From positions 22,258,001-22,322,000 of the forward strand of contig OX597817.1 in the NCBI GenBank assembly GCA_951406725.2: a stretch of 64,000 bases of DNA, read 5' to 3'. The stretch's first letter is position 1. Each line of letters begins with the position of its first letter. The translations under genes and the position numbers were made by a program. The notes beneath the pieces are model-generated. The model worked only from the letters and a program-made list of their open reading frames with translations, was not told the origin of the DNA and made no database searches. The DNA comes from Octopus vulgaris. Lineage: Eukaryota. Shown piece by piece: positions 42,938-58,292 of this stretch.

Positions 42938-45900
42938 TTACTGATGACATCTCATATGATTCTTAAAGCCTGCAGGGGACTTACGAGTCATTCCATATTG
43001 ATAACAACTTGCTTTTCTTGGGGCAGCCTGACTATCTAGATGCTGGGATTTATAATACTGAGTGAGTTCACTAGCTGACCTACACACTTTGTTGCATAGA
43101 CTGCATGAGAGGTTGCTGTTAGTGATACAGGTAACATGTAACCCAGTTGTATACATACACATACATACATACATACATTCATACACATATACATATAGAT
43201 ATAAATATTACATCAAATATTTCATACATATTTTATATTTTTGTTATAGCAATTAAAGTTAGCTTTGGAGTGATTTATGTGCAATAAACCTTTGGAAATA
43301 ACATGAGGACTCTAAAAAAAATATTTGGTGCAAATAAAGTTTAAGTAATTATATCATGGAAGATTAATTTTAATCTTTTAAATATAGACAAAATTGTTAA
43401 ATTCAGTTTCCTTTTATTTTGTGACATGTCAGAATTTTTATGGCCCCAGTGTAACCAAGTAACTAAAATGTTTCTATCACAGTATCATTACTTTATTTTC
43501 AATACATGGCTTCAGATCAACATATCATAGAAAGACTCCTTCTGGCCATGAATGACCATGAGATTGCATCTAGAAAGTTCCCCACTGTGACACAAGTTTG
43601 AGCAAGGTTATTTATGGAAGACTCACTGTTGTCCATGCAAACCACCCTCCCTTCTCCATGCAACTGATGTTGCCCAAGAGAAAGGTAAAGACCAATACAA
43701 ATTGGCACTAGTGATGTCACAACTCATTTCGACAGGCGAGTGAACTGGAGCAACATGAAATGAAATGTCTTGCTTAAGAAAACAACACAGCACAGTCCAG
43801 TCCAGGAATTGAACTCACTACCACATGATTGTGAGCACAATGCTTTAACCACTGAGCTATGTGCCTTCCCATCTCACAGAAATATAATTTGGAAATATAA
43901 ACACTTGTAGCAATATGACAAATGACATAAAATTAGTAGATGACTGTTTAAGTTTATGATAGTTAAAAATTGTCAGATGAAAAATTCTTCTTCTTTAGGT
44001 AACTACAATTAAAATGCATTTAACCATGTCATGCCAGGTATCTCTGCCTTCTATTAGTTTTGTTAGGTCCTCAATTTCATGTTATGTGTGTGCAGATAAC
44101 ATAAATATTATTGAGTTTCCTTCATCTTCTGTTAGGACGTGGAAACTCGAAAATAGTACATCTACTATAGACTGATGTTCAACATGATAAGTCATCAAAA
44201 GCAAACTTGTGTTGAGCAGCAATAGTGGAGATGGATGGAGTGTATCCATAAATCCCCACTTTGGTCTCATGAGATGCTTCTCATGACAAATTAATGGATG
44301 TCAAAAAATCTTTTGGAAGACATAAATACATTCAGTGACCTATCAGTGTAAGAACTTGCTGGAAGAACATTTATAATTCAATGGAGATTTGATAATTTTA
44401 GACAGAAATCAAGGCTTCAAGATATCTTCAGTAAATTTCTTATATCTGAAGACATGTGCAGTAAAATGTATCATATGTTTTTTTTATCTATAAATGTTCT
44501 GCCTACTATGGGAGTCATAAAATATAAACACCGATAAAAACACGCAAACACACATGCACACACATGCACACACATACACACACACATACACATTTGCTGG
44601 TTGCTATCACTTTGACTACTTTGTAGTGACTGTAATAATGATTAGGTATTTTGACAATAGATAAAATAAATACAGGAGTAAAAAATAATACAAAAAAAAA
44701 CACTGATGGCAGTCATAGTTGTAAAAACACCTTTTATTTGTTTTCATTTACATTCTCTTGAGAACATTGCTTGCACCTTCATTACACTTCATAACATAGA
44801 GTTATACATATGAAAATCTACACCAAAATATTATGAAAATGATCTCTAGCATTCCTATAGCTCAGAAGTTCACTTTACAGGTATCTAAAAGTGTGCAGAA
44901 ACTTCTGGGTATCTTCAATTATAGAATCAGGCTAGCTAATTGCTTGTGAGCCTGTTTGGTAGTTGGAATATATATTTATTTATGTATAAATACACTATTC
45001 TTCATCTACCTTGGATTCGACAATATTCCTACATCTCTTGGAAATGTTTAGCCAGAATATTCTTCCATAAGAATACTGTTTCTTGTCTGGTTTTACAAAA
45101 CTTGGAATTGCTACTCTGGATTGCCATTACTTTGGTGTATTTCCAGAGGTCCAAGTCACTTGACATATATGAGCCATCCACAGACTACCTCTCTATTTAA
45201 GACTTTTAACATCTTGGAACCAATTTCTTCTTCCCTAGTGGTCTTGCCACATTTCAGTGCTCTGACTGATCTTATGACTTCAGCCTCTGTGAGGTTAATC
45301 TCTGTCACTAGCTGCATCTTATGTTCACCAAAAGATTTGAGACTAGATGCCTCCTAACAGTGCTCTTCTCTGAGAGAGAAGGAGTTCAACTTAATTCTTA
45401 ATATTAGGTGTGGAAGAGGGCATCTTGCTATGAATTTAATGGATCATCTGCCAGGACACTTTATTGTTTAACTTAATGGTCAGACCCCATCTTAACCTCA
45501 AAGTTTCACTATAGCTTAACTTTGGACATGTTTTACCATTTTGCTACAACTTATTGTACCTTGGTGTTTTGCAAATAGTTTCAGATTCCAGAGAAGTAAA
45601 TGGAAATACTTTGATAGCTCAGCTTCTTGTATTATGAACACTTCCCACACAGAATTTAAAAGAAATGTCCAACACAATAACAAAATCTTTCAGTGACATC
45701 TGTACCAAAGATTCCCAATACAGGTGTACTTAAGGTTAACCCTATGTTGGAAGAAGGTGTTCATAAAAGAGAGTTTATTTCCAGCACAAAAGTTTAGTAA
45801 GGCCTCTCCTATTGCATTAAGATTGGTGGGGGCACCATTCACACCAGCTACTACTTTCCTTGTCAGGTGATCACTGCCAATATGAGCGTTAATGTCTCTT

Positions 45901-46015
45901 TTTTTTTTATAGGACAAACAACTCAGTCATAACTATCTCTAAAGCTGTAGTGATTTCATCAAAGAAAGTTTTGTATTTGGTCTTACTGTTTGGTGCATAT
46001 ACTTGCAACAGCACA

Positions 46016-46018
<3 letters not shown>
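42938..46018 (-). mobile_element. Fragmented RTE-clade LINE: AP-endonuclease, RT and C-terminal C2H2-like fingers
   Basis: QVYAPNS..FFDEI; DINAHIG..NAIGEALLNFCAGNKL..NTFFQH; EV..IRALKCGK..EEI..MLK; C-terminal CSLCNKVCRS and GFKNHMRCH; interrupted by a SINE and microsatellites. Confidence 0.75.
43530..43868 (-). mobile_element. SINE family C, diverged
   Basis: Reverse complement of the 8990 family. Confidence 0.85.
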
Positions 46019-47580
<1,562 letters not shown>

Positions 47581-48009
47581 TATTCTTTTATAAGTTTTGG
47601 CCCTGCTGCTTCAGACTTGATAGAGTACCACCAAGATTCTGTACCCTTTCACAGCCCATTTATGTGGTCATTTTCTTCTGAGTGATGGGGTTTCATATCA
47701 CTGTCCTTGCATGGGCTTTTTTCCTCGTCTTTGTCATACTTGGTGCATGAGGGAGTTGACACTGTTTTGCTCATCAGTAATTTCTGTGATGATCTTGGCT
47801 CATCTGGTTTCATGGATAGTAGACTCTGCAATTGCTTTTAGAAAAACATCCACATAGTGTATGTAGCTTTCTTACTTTGTTTAGCAAAGTATTAAAGAGC
47901 AGTTGGCCATTGAACCCTAAGCTATTACAGTGGAGATACATTTGACAGAATGCCAATAACAATTCCAACATATATAACTAACTATGACTTAATTGTTTCC
48001 TCTCACACC

Positions 48010-48064
48010 GTCTCCGATGAAGGGATATCATTATCAATAAATATTCTAGAAACAGCTGTAAGAC
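48010..48064 (+). ncRNA. Minimal type I hammerhead ribozyme (C4 variant core) in a Penelope-like fragment (~47945-48130)
   Basis: gtct-CCGATGA-a-gggatat(cattatcaataa)atattct-a-GAAA-cagctg-TA-agac; palindromic stem III; GUA site. Confidence 0.8.
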
Positions 48065-48132
48065 CTTCTATCTCTAAATGCTCTAATATCTATACAGCTT
48101 TGGGTTTTTTTTATCTCATTGCGCAAAAAATT

Positions 48133-48173
<41 letters not shown>

Positions 48174-48758
48174 GTAAATAGATGAGTGTATTTTTACCTT
48201 GTTAACAATTAACACGGAAAAAATAAATAAATAGTCACCAGGGTAGCAAAAATCTCATAAGTAAAGATGATGTAACTCCTTGTTTATAAAGGTAGAAATT
48301 TCGTGTTTACGTGGAATATTTTGAATAATATATGAATTAATAAATGGAGTTGACACAGGTGTAAATGTATATATGTATATATATATACACACACACACAT
48401 ATATATATATAGTTATTAGTGAGGAATTATCAATTCAGGCAAAATAGTTTATAAGCACTCTGCTAGAGCACAAGGCTAACAATATTGTTTTCATCAATAA
48501 AGAACTTCGCATATACCTATTGCAGGGTCTGAAGTTATATTTCATCACCATTTTGTATTGTAAATCCATGGTTGTGCTTCAGATATAAAGGTGATTTACT
48601 AGGAATGATTACAAGACAAAGCTAGAATGATGGCCCTTACTTATTACTTTATTGTAGTAAAATTGACTTACAGCTGTCTCCAGTAACCTAAACTGCTCTA
48701 AGTCAAATTTTCTGCAATAAATTAATATGTAATGACTACAATTTATGCCTTGCCTCTA

Positions 48759-48825
<67 letters not shown>

Positions 48826-48987
48826 TATATATATATATATATATATATAATGTATATAATATAATATAATATATATATATAATGTATATTATATAATGTA
48901 ATATTTTGAATTCGCCTTAAATGGTCCTTTTACATACTGAACACTTGGTGAAATTGATTGTTGAATTAATTTTCCCCTCAATTGTGG

Positions 48988-49024
<37 letters not shown>

Positions 49025-49045
49025 AGTCACATTATATATATACTT

Positions 49046-49080
<35 letters not shown>

Positions 49081-49303
49081 AATATGTTCCTATACATGTA
49101 CCATTTTGTGTAATATGGATATTAAATGATACAGACGATTTCATACATTTATATGTGTGTGTAAGTGTGTGTGTGTATATATATATATATCTATATATAT
49201 GTATATGTATATATGTATGTATATGCATATATGTATATACATATACATATATATGTGTGTGTATATGTATATGTATATCTATCTAAATACATACATATAT
49301 ATT

Positions 49304-49367
<64 letters not shown>

Positions 49368-49820
49368 TACCAACATCGTCACCAAAATCATCATTTTAGC
49401 TTCCACTCTTCCATATCATATAGGTTGGAATGAATTTGTTGCAGCAGACTTTCTTTGACGTTATGTCCTTCCTGTACTCAACCATCACCTAATTCCAAGT
49501 AAGGTAATATGTCTTCATGCCCAGAAATGTTTTCTTGGAAGATTGGACATGATGGACACAATTTCTATGGCAGTAACATTCAATTATGACTTTCACATAA
49601 GACAATGTGACACTAATGGACTTCTCACATGCACACATATGACAGGCTTCTTTCAGATTTCATCTACAAAATCTACTTGAAAGTCTTTGGTCAGGCAAAG
49701 GATACTCAAGAAATGACTTGTTTCCTGCTCTACAGCTTCTGCTAGACTAATATCTTGCAAATGAATTTTGTTCATGTACTCTGAAGAATACTGTTGCATC
49801 TGTATATGTGTATATGTATG

Positions 49821-49869
<49 letters not shown>

Positions 49870-49991
49870 TCATAATCATTATCATCATCATCATCATTTA
49901 ACGTCCGTTTTCCATGCTAGCATTGGTTGGACGGTTTGACTGGGGTATGGGAAGCCAGGAGGCTGCATCAGGCTCCAGTCTGATATATATG

Positions 49992-50035
<44 letters not shown>

Positions 50036-50038
<3 letters not shown>

Positions 50039-50516
50039 TGTATAGGATCATGGGTAAGGCCAGAATATTGCGAAGTAAATGCAAGGCAAATCACAAGAAA
50101 GCAAATATATGAATTATTGTAGACTTACCTTGTATTCAATATTTTGAGGTTATGACCCCGTTTTCAAGAAATTAACGAATGTTGCTGACGTGCCAGTGTA
50201 TGAATGTGCATGGAGTGGACAAGTGCGGAATGGTGTTGCTATAGCAACCACCTAGCTTCCTATAGTTCCTGTAACTCAAGGGAATTACAGGAAGCTAGCT
50301 GGTTGCTATAGCAACACCTTTCCGTGCATGTCCACTCCACACATGCTCACACACACACATCAGCAACATATACTAATTTCTTGAAAATTGGGTTATAACC
50401 CTGAAATATTGAATACAAAGTAAGTCTACATTAATTCATATATTTGTTTTCTTGTGATCTAACTTGCATTTACTTTGCCTTTTTCTGGCCTTGCCCACGA
50501 TCCTTTATGCAATATA
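50036..50516. mobile_element. ~480-bp fold-back element (whole-length imperfect palindrome)
   Basis: e.g. tcacaagaaagcaaatatatgaatta/taattcatatatttgttttcttgtga and ggtgttgctatagcaacca/tggttgctatagcaacacc; centre ~50270-50282; next to a TA tract. Confidence 0.9.
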
Positions 50517-50553
50517 TTCTACTCAATGCTTCATAGTAATTACTTGATATATA

Positions 50554-50961
50554 TAGGAGTGGCTGTGTGGTAAGTGACTTGCTAACCAACCACATGGTTC
50601 CAGGTTCAGTCCCACTGCGTGGCATCTTGGGCAAGTGTCTTCTGCTATAGCCCCGGGCCAACCAAAGCCTTGTGAGTGGATTTGGTAGACGGAAACTGAA
50701 AGAAGCCTGTCGTATATATGTATATATATATGTGTATTTGTGTGTATGATTGTGTGTCTGTGATTGTCCCCCTAGCATTGCTTGACAATCAATGCTGGTG
50801 TGTTTATGTCCCCCGTCACTTAGCAGTTCGGCAAAATGAGACCGATAGAATAAGTGCTGGGCTTACAAAGAATAAGTCCTGGGGTCGATTTGCTTGACTA
50901 AAGGCGGTGCTCCAGCATGGCCACAGTCAAATGGCTGAAACAAGTAAAAGCGTAAAAGAGT
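50554..50961 (+). mobile_element. SINE family A, full length
   Basis: Colinear copy. Confidence 0.92.
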
Positions 50962-51516
50962 ATATCAGTATACATGCACACACATATATCACCATCTTCA
51001 TCATCATTATCATCATTTAACATTCATGTTCCATGCTATCATGGGTATATATATATATATATATTAACATGTGTCTACATGCATGCATATATTTGTATGT
51101 TGTGTTATCTCCTTGTGCATTTAGTTGTTATAAATAAATGCCACACTGTTCACACAAATAGAGTTGATTGCTCGCAGTCCACAGTGGAACCATAAGTCAA
51201 GTATCCTCCCACTCTTGATATCTTGCGTGAATTTTGTAAATGAACTGCTTATGCAATAATTCATTATTTGTTTCTAGTTCTCCAAATAAACTTTTCCAGG
51301 TTATCCCTTGTTTGATAGATGGTGGGGTGGAATTTTATCTTGTTTTGAAACAAGTGAGAGGTGGAATCTGGAAGGGCATCTGGTTGTAGAAATTTATGCC
51401 TCAGCATGGAAAAGGATAAATAATGATGATGGTGAATATTATAATGTAAATGTGGGTGTGTCTCTGTGTGTATATATTTGTCTTTGTGTCTGTCTGTTTT
51501 TCTGTGTCTGAGCATG

Positions 51517-51607
<91 letters not shown>

Positions 51608-51630
51608 CTATCTATCCTTCTATCTATCAA

Positions 51631-51673
<43 letters not shown>

Positions 51674-51694
51674 ATCTATCTCTTTATGTATCAG

Positions 51695-51745
<51 letters not shown>

Positions 51746-52307
51746 ATAAATATTCATTTCTTCTATTCATACAGAGCTACATATTATATATTGATCTATT
51801 TGAACTGACACCAGAGTATGGTTAGCTCTATTATTTCTGATTGATTCTAATGGTGTTCTAGATTGAGTTAAAATCTCTACAAATTTTTCTGATAAATATG
51901 AAAGCATAACAGGGTATATTAAAGTATGTCACATTTCAGATGCTGTTAGATATTGGTAAACATCTGTTTATCAATAAATATAAATAGAGTTAGATTTTTA
52001 AAAAAATAGTCATACATAGTCTGTCTCTGTGTAGAGCATTCTCTCAAAACTTTTACTAATTTGTGTGTGTGTGTGTGTATGTGTGTACACATGTGTATAC
52101 ACTCACACACTCAATCATACTCATGCACATTCATTCATTTGGTTTCTATGTTCATTTTGCGATCATTCATGGGTTAGATAAATATACTATTGAGGCTATA
52201 TATTTTACAATCAGATGACTTCCTTCATTAACCCTTACGTTTCTTTCGTTAAATTATATAAGCATATGCGTACACATATTTATATAAACATATGCACATA
52301 CACACAT

Positions 52308-52344
<37 letters not shown>

Positions 52345-52420
52345 CAAAATGTTACCTCGTGTGTACCATTGGCGATTTTTTTCCTCTGTCTTCCCTTCTC
52401 GGGATCTTTCCTTGTCCTAT

Positions 52421-52455
52421 GTTTCCGACGAAGAGCCCCGCTCGAAACGTTAAAC
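52421..52455 (+). ncRNA. Minimal type I hammerhead ribozyme (C4 variant core) in a Penelope-like fragment (52345-52555) inside (TA)n
   Basis: gttt-CCGACGA-a-gagc(ccc)gctc-GAAA-cg-TT-aaac; stem III can form only as a dimer. Confidence 0.8.
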
Positions 52456-52555
52456 CCTCCTTCTTCCCTTCTTTCCTGAGCGTCCAATAATACTATATTT
52501 GTTCCACGTCCTCGCGTTGTTGTGTCTTTTTGTGTTTTCTTGTTTGGATTAACTT

Positions 52556-52586
<31 letters not shown>

Positions 52587-52962
52587 GTATAGCATAATAT
52601 TATTTAAAAAAAATTTTATGATATAAGCATTAAAGTTTATCAAAGTTTAAGCAAAGTGTAAGCAATAAGTGTAATAAGTATTATTTATGTAGCAGACGCA
52701 AGCTACAAATATCAACCCTGGTACTTAACTAGTACTAATTTTATTGACTCCGGAAAGATGAAAGGTAAAATCAACCTCATTGTGATTTGAACACAGAATT
52801 TAAAGGAACCTGACTTAGCATTGGAAGGCATTTAAATACATTTAATCCTTCATACCCATTCCCATAATAACAATAAGAATAATAATATATAATTTTTATT
52901 AGCATATAGTTAGATAGTATATATCATTTTATATCATTATTATTATTATTATTACTATTATT

Positions 52963-53868
52963 GAGTGAGAGAGCAGTGCATACCATCAAAGTGACACTGG
53001 AGTAAAATATATGAAGCTCAGTATACCCATCATGACTACCTGTCTGATAAGAGTACATTAGGCACATGCATCACAACCATTTGTGTGCGACATAGTGATC
53101 TCATATCAAGATAAACAGTGCATGACCTTGCAGGTGGGGCCCAGTTAGAATTTTCTTCTAGTCGAGTGACCCATCCCACTCAAAAGGTCCCTGAATAAGG
53201 ATTGTTTAAAGATGTTGAACAAAACACCCACGCTTCCAAAGGTGAATTATTCAAACCCCAAAGAATCCTTCTCAACACATGGCTATGATGCTCCCCTACT
53301 ACTTCTGCTCGTGATCAGAGATGCACATATCGTCAGCCACTAAGGGACATGCTCAACTGGTTAAGGTCAAACAACTGACAAGCATATCTGTGGTATTGAG
53401 CAGAATATTTGCTGTAGCCCATCTTTTATACCAAGACAAAACAATGTTCATGATAACACTTCCAATCAGTTAAGATCAGAAGCCATGAGAGCCATTGCCT
53501 GGTACTGCATCAGGGCATCCAAGACAAAACAATGTACATGATAACACTTCCAATCAGTTAAGATCAGAAGCCATGAGAGCCATTGCCTGGTACTGCATCA
53601 GGGCATCCAAGACAAAACAATGTACATGATAACACTTCCAATCAGTTAAGATCTGAAGCCATGAGAGCCATTGCCTGGTACTGCATCAGGGCATCCAAGA
53701 CAAAACAATGTACATGATAACACTTCCAATCAGTTAAGATCAGAAGCCATGAGAGCCATTGCCTGGTACTGCATCAGGGCATCCAAGACAAAACAATGTA
53801 CATGATAACACTTCCAATCAGTTAAGATCAGAAGCCACGAAAGCCATGACCTGGTACTGCATCAGGGC

Positions 53869-53870
<2 letters not shown>
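52963..53870. mobile_element. Apparently non-coding interspersed element inserted in (TAA)n, ending in five 88-bp tandem units
   Basis: (ATT)n on both sides; higher GC than flanks; no ORF seen. Confidence 0.7.
53431..53870. repeat. 88-bp tandem repeat x5
   Basis: ccaagacaaaacaatg... starts at 53431, 53519, 53607, 53695, 53783. Confidence 0.97.
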
Positions 53871-53928
<58 letters not shown>

Positions 53929-55675
53929 AATGAAGATTTTAAAATATACATAAATATTTTTTGTTGCATGAGAATTAAGAATATTCACTGAGATAGACAT
54001 CCTCAAAAATACAGATGCAGTATGATACAAATTTACAAGCAATGTGCTATATGTGCTCTCATTTACTCTTTTGGTCATTGTTCCCATGAATATTTAAAAG
54101 ATAACTTAAAAGTTTCCCAAGGTTTAGATACAAACAGTTACTGTGTTTCTCCAGGATTGTATATTATTTTAACCTACAACTAATTTATTAGCTGTCTTGT
54201 AATGCCATATCCAAATTGCATTACACACCTCACACTAGAAATAACAATAAAAATGTTCATCAAACTTTACTCTATAAATATACAATTATATCGTCAAAGA
54301 ATAGCCAAATCCAAAGCTAATAGACCTTGAAATTTTTTTATGAAGAGAAGTATTGTGCTCACAGTTCTTAAGAATGGCATTTATTTTCACTGTTTTGATA
54401 AGGATAGAATGAAGAAGCTACAAATTTAATAGAAGCATTATAAATTTGATATAATACCCAGAATATTTTATTGGTCGTATAAAGAAAAGTTTTTTCACAT
54501 TGATTTCATTGATCTAACATGAAACTGTATTGGACGAGATGAGTCTAGGTATCTGATTCTAATTTGAATTTTCAAGGGCAGGATGGAAATGAAATTAAAT
54601 GAAACAACAGGATTTGAACCTACAATGTAGAAAGGCACTGACTATCACATATCATTAACACCTGCTAAGCTCATTACCAACTATGCCAAGTCTATCACTA
54701 AAGTATCTCTTAAAAATTGTTGCACATATTCTGTACTTGGTTTTTCTAATCAAGGAATTCTAAACAAACATTTGCTGCTATTTTTTTGTTAGCTTTTCTA
54801 TATTTCTTGTCTGTGGTGGGGGCAAAATGATTATCTTTTTTTATACTTTAATTTTATTTTCTATTGAATTGAATTGGTTTTTTTTATTATATAACTTTCT
54901 TTAATAGTTTATGCCTTTTGAATTTTGGCACAATCTGATTAATTAGAACTAGAATTCAATATAAACACACTGCTCACCCAAATTGAATTTCATCACAGAT
55001 TGTCCACATCAACCTAATAATAATTTTGATTCTTCTTGATTTGATAACATTTCCACAAAAATTATTGAAACAAAATCACTGCAGGAAATGAAAACCATCA
55101 AGAAAATACAATCATATCAAAATATTTTTAAAACAACAGATATCTCACATTCACATACACACATATACACACCGAAGAAAAAATAAATTTAATAAAAACA
55201 AAAAGTAGATTTAGTAAATGATTTTAGGCAATAAAAAATATCTAGATTTCAGGTATTATTAAAAATATAGTTACTTCTTTAATATTCTATTTTATATCAT
55301 AATTTTGTTTTATTTTGTTTTATTGTGTTATTTGTAGTTATCCTGAAGACATTTTTCAAAAATCTTTCTCAAAGACTGAACATTTTGGAAAGAAAATTTC
55401 CAAAGACATTTTCCCCTTTTCTTCTTCTTAAACTATTAAAAACAAAGAAAAAGTACAAACAAAAAAGGAAAAAAAAATGAACAGCAAAACTCATTGTACT
55501 CTCATGAACCTGATAAAAACATTTGCAGCTTGCTTTCAATAAAAAAAAAATTACAATGCTGATATTACTTGGAGAAAAAAAAAATGTATTTAAATAAATG
55601 AATATATAAATATATAAATAAAGGCATCAGTTATGGAAATGGCGATTCTCAAGAAGCAATAGAGGAAATTTCATC

Positions 55676-55719
55676 TCAACAAGGAAACTCCTGATAACAA
55701 CAAGTCAATGTAACATGGA
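55676..55719 (-). CDS. Candidate alternative terminal exon: (V)HVTLTCCYQEFPC*
   Basis: Very long pyrimidine tract ccatctcttcttctgcctcctcttccaacatttttcag| on minus; followed by ~1 kb of repeat-poor U-rich UTR-like sequence. Confidence 0.35.
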
Positions 55720-56846
55720 CTGAAAAATGTTGGAAGAGGAGGCAGAAGAAGAGATGGAGTGGGATGGTCCGTAACTTACTACGACAGCAATAACACGGTT
55801 GATTCAGATGAGAAATTAACAGACATTGGGAAATATCAACAACAGCAAGGATATGGAAAATTAAATCACCCTCTACCCGTTACAAAAAAAGAATAATGAA
55901 TATGTTAAATAATGAAAAATTTTTTTTAATGCATTAAAAAAATAACATTCAAACAGTCATGAATTACAAAATAAAAACATTAAAAAAAACACAAAACCAG
56001 CTCCAGTACACATACATGCATATATTACCACATGTATTCTAATAATTTGGTGTTATTCTAGACTGAAGTGAACACTAATTATCATAGAATAAATAGCTCG
56101 TGCACAACCACATATCCAAAACATACATGTCACACACCAAAGGAATTGTTAAAAGTAAGAAAAGTATATAAACATTGAATGTTCTGAATGATATATTCAG
56201 ATAATCTTTATCTTTGGCTTAATCCTTTTTAACAAATCAATCTGATCACCTGTTTGAAGTCCAAAAGGATTTCAATACAAGTGGCGCTATACTCAGTAAA
56301 AAAAAACAAGAGTATACTCTTTATATTTTATTATTTCATTTTGATTTCAGTAACCTTACTATCTTTAAACAAACCTGCATTCATCTTATGCAGCTAACAA
56401 CATTTGGCCTCCAAACCCTATCATAAACAGAGCATGATATAGAGATCAATGACACATACATTTACGTATGTATGTGCACCACGGAAGATAAAATAAACAT
56501 ACATAATCACAAATATACTTATATAGAGAGACAGAGAAAAACTGCAAGAGTGGAGGAAGGCAAACACTATTGTATTACAAAACTGATTACATGTAAAGAA
56601 AAGAATAAAATAATAAAGAGAAAAAAAAAAGAAAATTAAAAAGTTCCTTCCTTTTGGAAAGAGATATTATTAGAGCCGAGATTTCCAAACTTTCTCTGCT
56701 TTATTTTATAAATAAATTTTAAAAAAATAACTAAAAAAAAATTAATAAAAATATGAAACTCCTTCACCTCTAAATTTCAATAACTGCCATTAGACTAATG
56801 GTAGTTCAATGCCAATATGTTTTAATATACATACACACACACATAC

Positions 56847-56879
<33 letters not shown>

Positions 56880-57001
56880 AATGAATGTGTATGTATAACC
56901 ATACAAACAAGCATATGTGTAAAACAAACAAAAGCAACAACTCTTCGCAATAAATCAATAAATGATTGTACGTTTATGTGTGTATGTCTGTTTGTGTGTG
57001 C

Positions 57002-57036
<35 letters not shown>

Positions 57037-57401
57037 AGTGTGTATGTGTGTGTATGTATATGTATATATATTAAGACATTCAAAATAGCTTGTTCCTCTC
57101 CAGTAAAGCCTATTTAGTTTCATTGGAGATGTTTAAATGTTCTTTGACCTGTCACCTACTGACAGAAATGAATACTTGCCCCTACCTAGCCACACCGAAA
57201 AATCTCTGATTTATTCCAACAACTGTAACAATGGCAAGCCTAAATATTTGATCTAAGGAAGCATTCGCAAAGATTTCATTTTGCTACAGATTAAAATCTT
57301 ATTCAGTTATTTCAGAAAATGATGTTCACATTATTACTACAATTATCATTATTATAATAATTATTAACATTATTATAATTAATAATAATATTAACATTAT
57401 T

Positions 57402-57467
<66 letters not shown>

Positions 57468-57949
57468 ATTATTAAAATTATGATCATTACTATTATTATT
57501 GTGTTGTTGTTATTACCAATGTCAAAAGCACCTGAATAGTAGAAATGATAGAATGTTAGAATAAATGTCTAGTCAGAATAAATTTCTAGTTAGGAATCAG
57601 AATGTTAGAATGAATTTTCAGAATAAATTTTTAGAATGTTAGAATAAATTTTTAGAATGTTAGAATAAATTTCAAATGCTGCTAAGTCAACCTAACTTCT
57701 ATCCTTAAAGGGTTGATACAAGTACCATGGATATATAAGGGGCAATTTTAGCTGATTGCACATATCTCCTAAAGTTTTATTGTCTTTTACAAACATATAA
57801 ACTCATTTTGCTTTTAATGGATTTTTTACTTTTATAAAGTTAATTTATCAACATCCTGATTAAAACTCCAATATTTTAAAGTTTTCTTGGTAGTATGATG
57901 TAGGTTATTATTGTTCTTGTGTTGTTTCAAATTAGCTCTAATCATGCTC

Positions 57950-58292
57950 TATCTGGCCTCCGTGCCGGTAGCACGTAAAAGACACCATTCAAGCGTGATC
58001 GTTACCAGCATCACCTTTCTGGCACCTGTGCCGGTGGCATGTGTAAAAGATTCGAGCGAGGTCGTTGCCAGTACTGCCTGACTGGCCCTGTGCCAGTGGC
58101 ATGTAAAAGCACTCACTACACTCTCGGAGTGGTTGGCGTTAGGAAGGGCATCCAGCTGTAGAAACTCTGCCGGATCAAGATTGAAGCCTGGTGCAGCCAT
58201 CTGGTTCGCCAGTACTCAGTCAAATCGTCCAACGCATGCTAGCATGGAAAGCGGACGTTAAACGATGATGATGATGATGATGATGGTGATGC
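57950..58292 (+). mobile_element. SINE family E
   Basis: Close match to 4004-4338. Confidence 0.9.

Noticed and set aside
42938-43186. C2H2 zinc-finger host gene
   Set aside because: Degenerate fingers without TGEKP linkers, colinear with upstream RTE endonuclease/RT remnants on the same strand.
47649-47831. Hydrophilic ORF as another terminal exon of the minus gene
   Set aside because: Poor acceptor and phase 0, not matching the phase-1 donor; may be a LINE remnant.
53431-53870. 88-bp array as a CRISPR or tandem hammerhead array
   Set aside because: Units are contiguous without spacers; ctgatgca is not followed by a stem II/GAAA arrangement.
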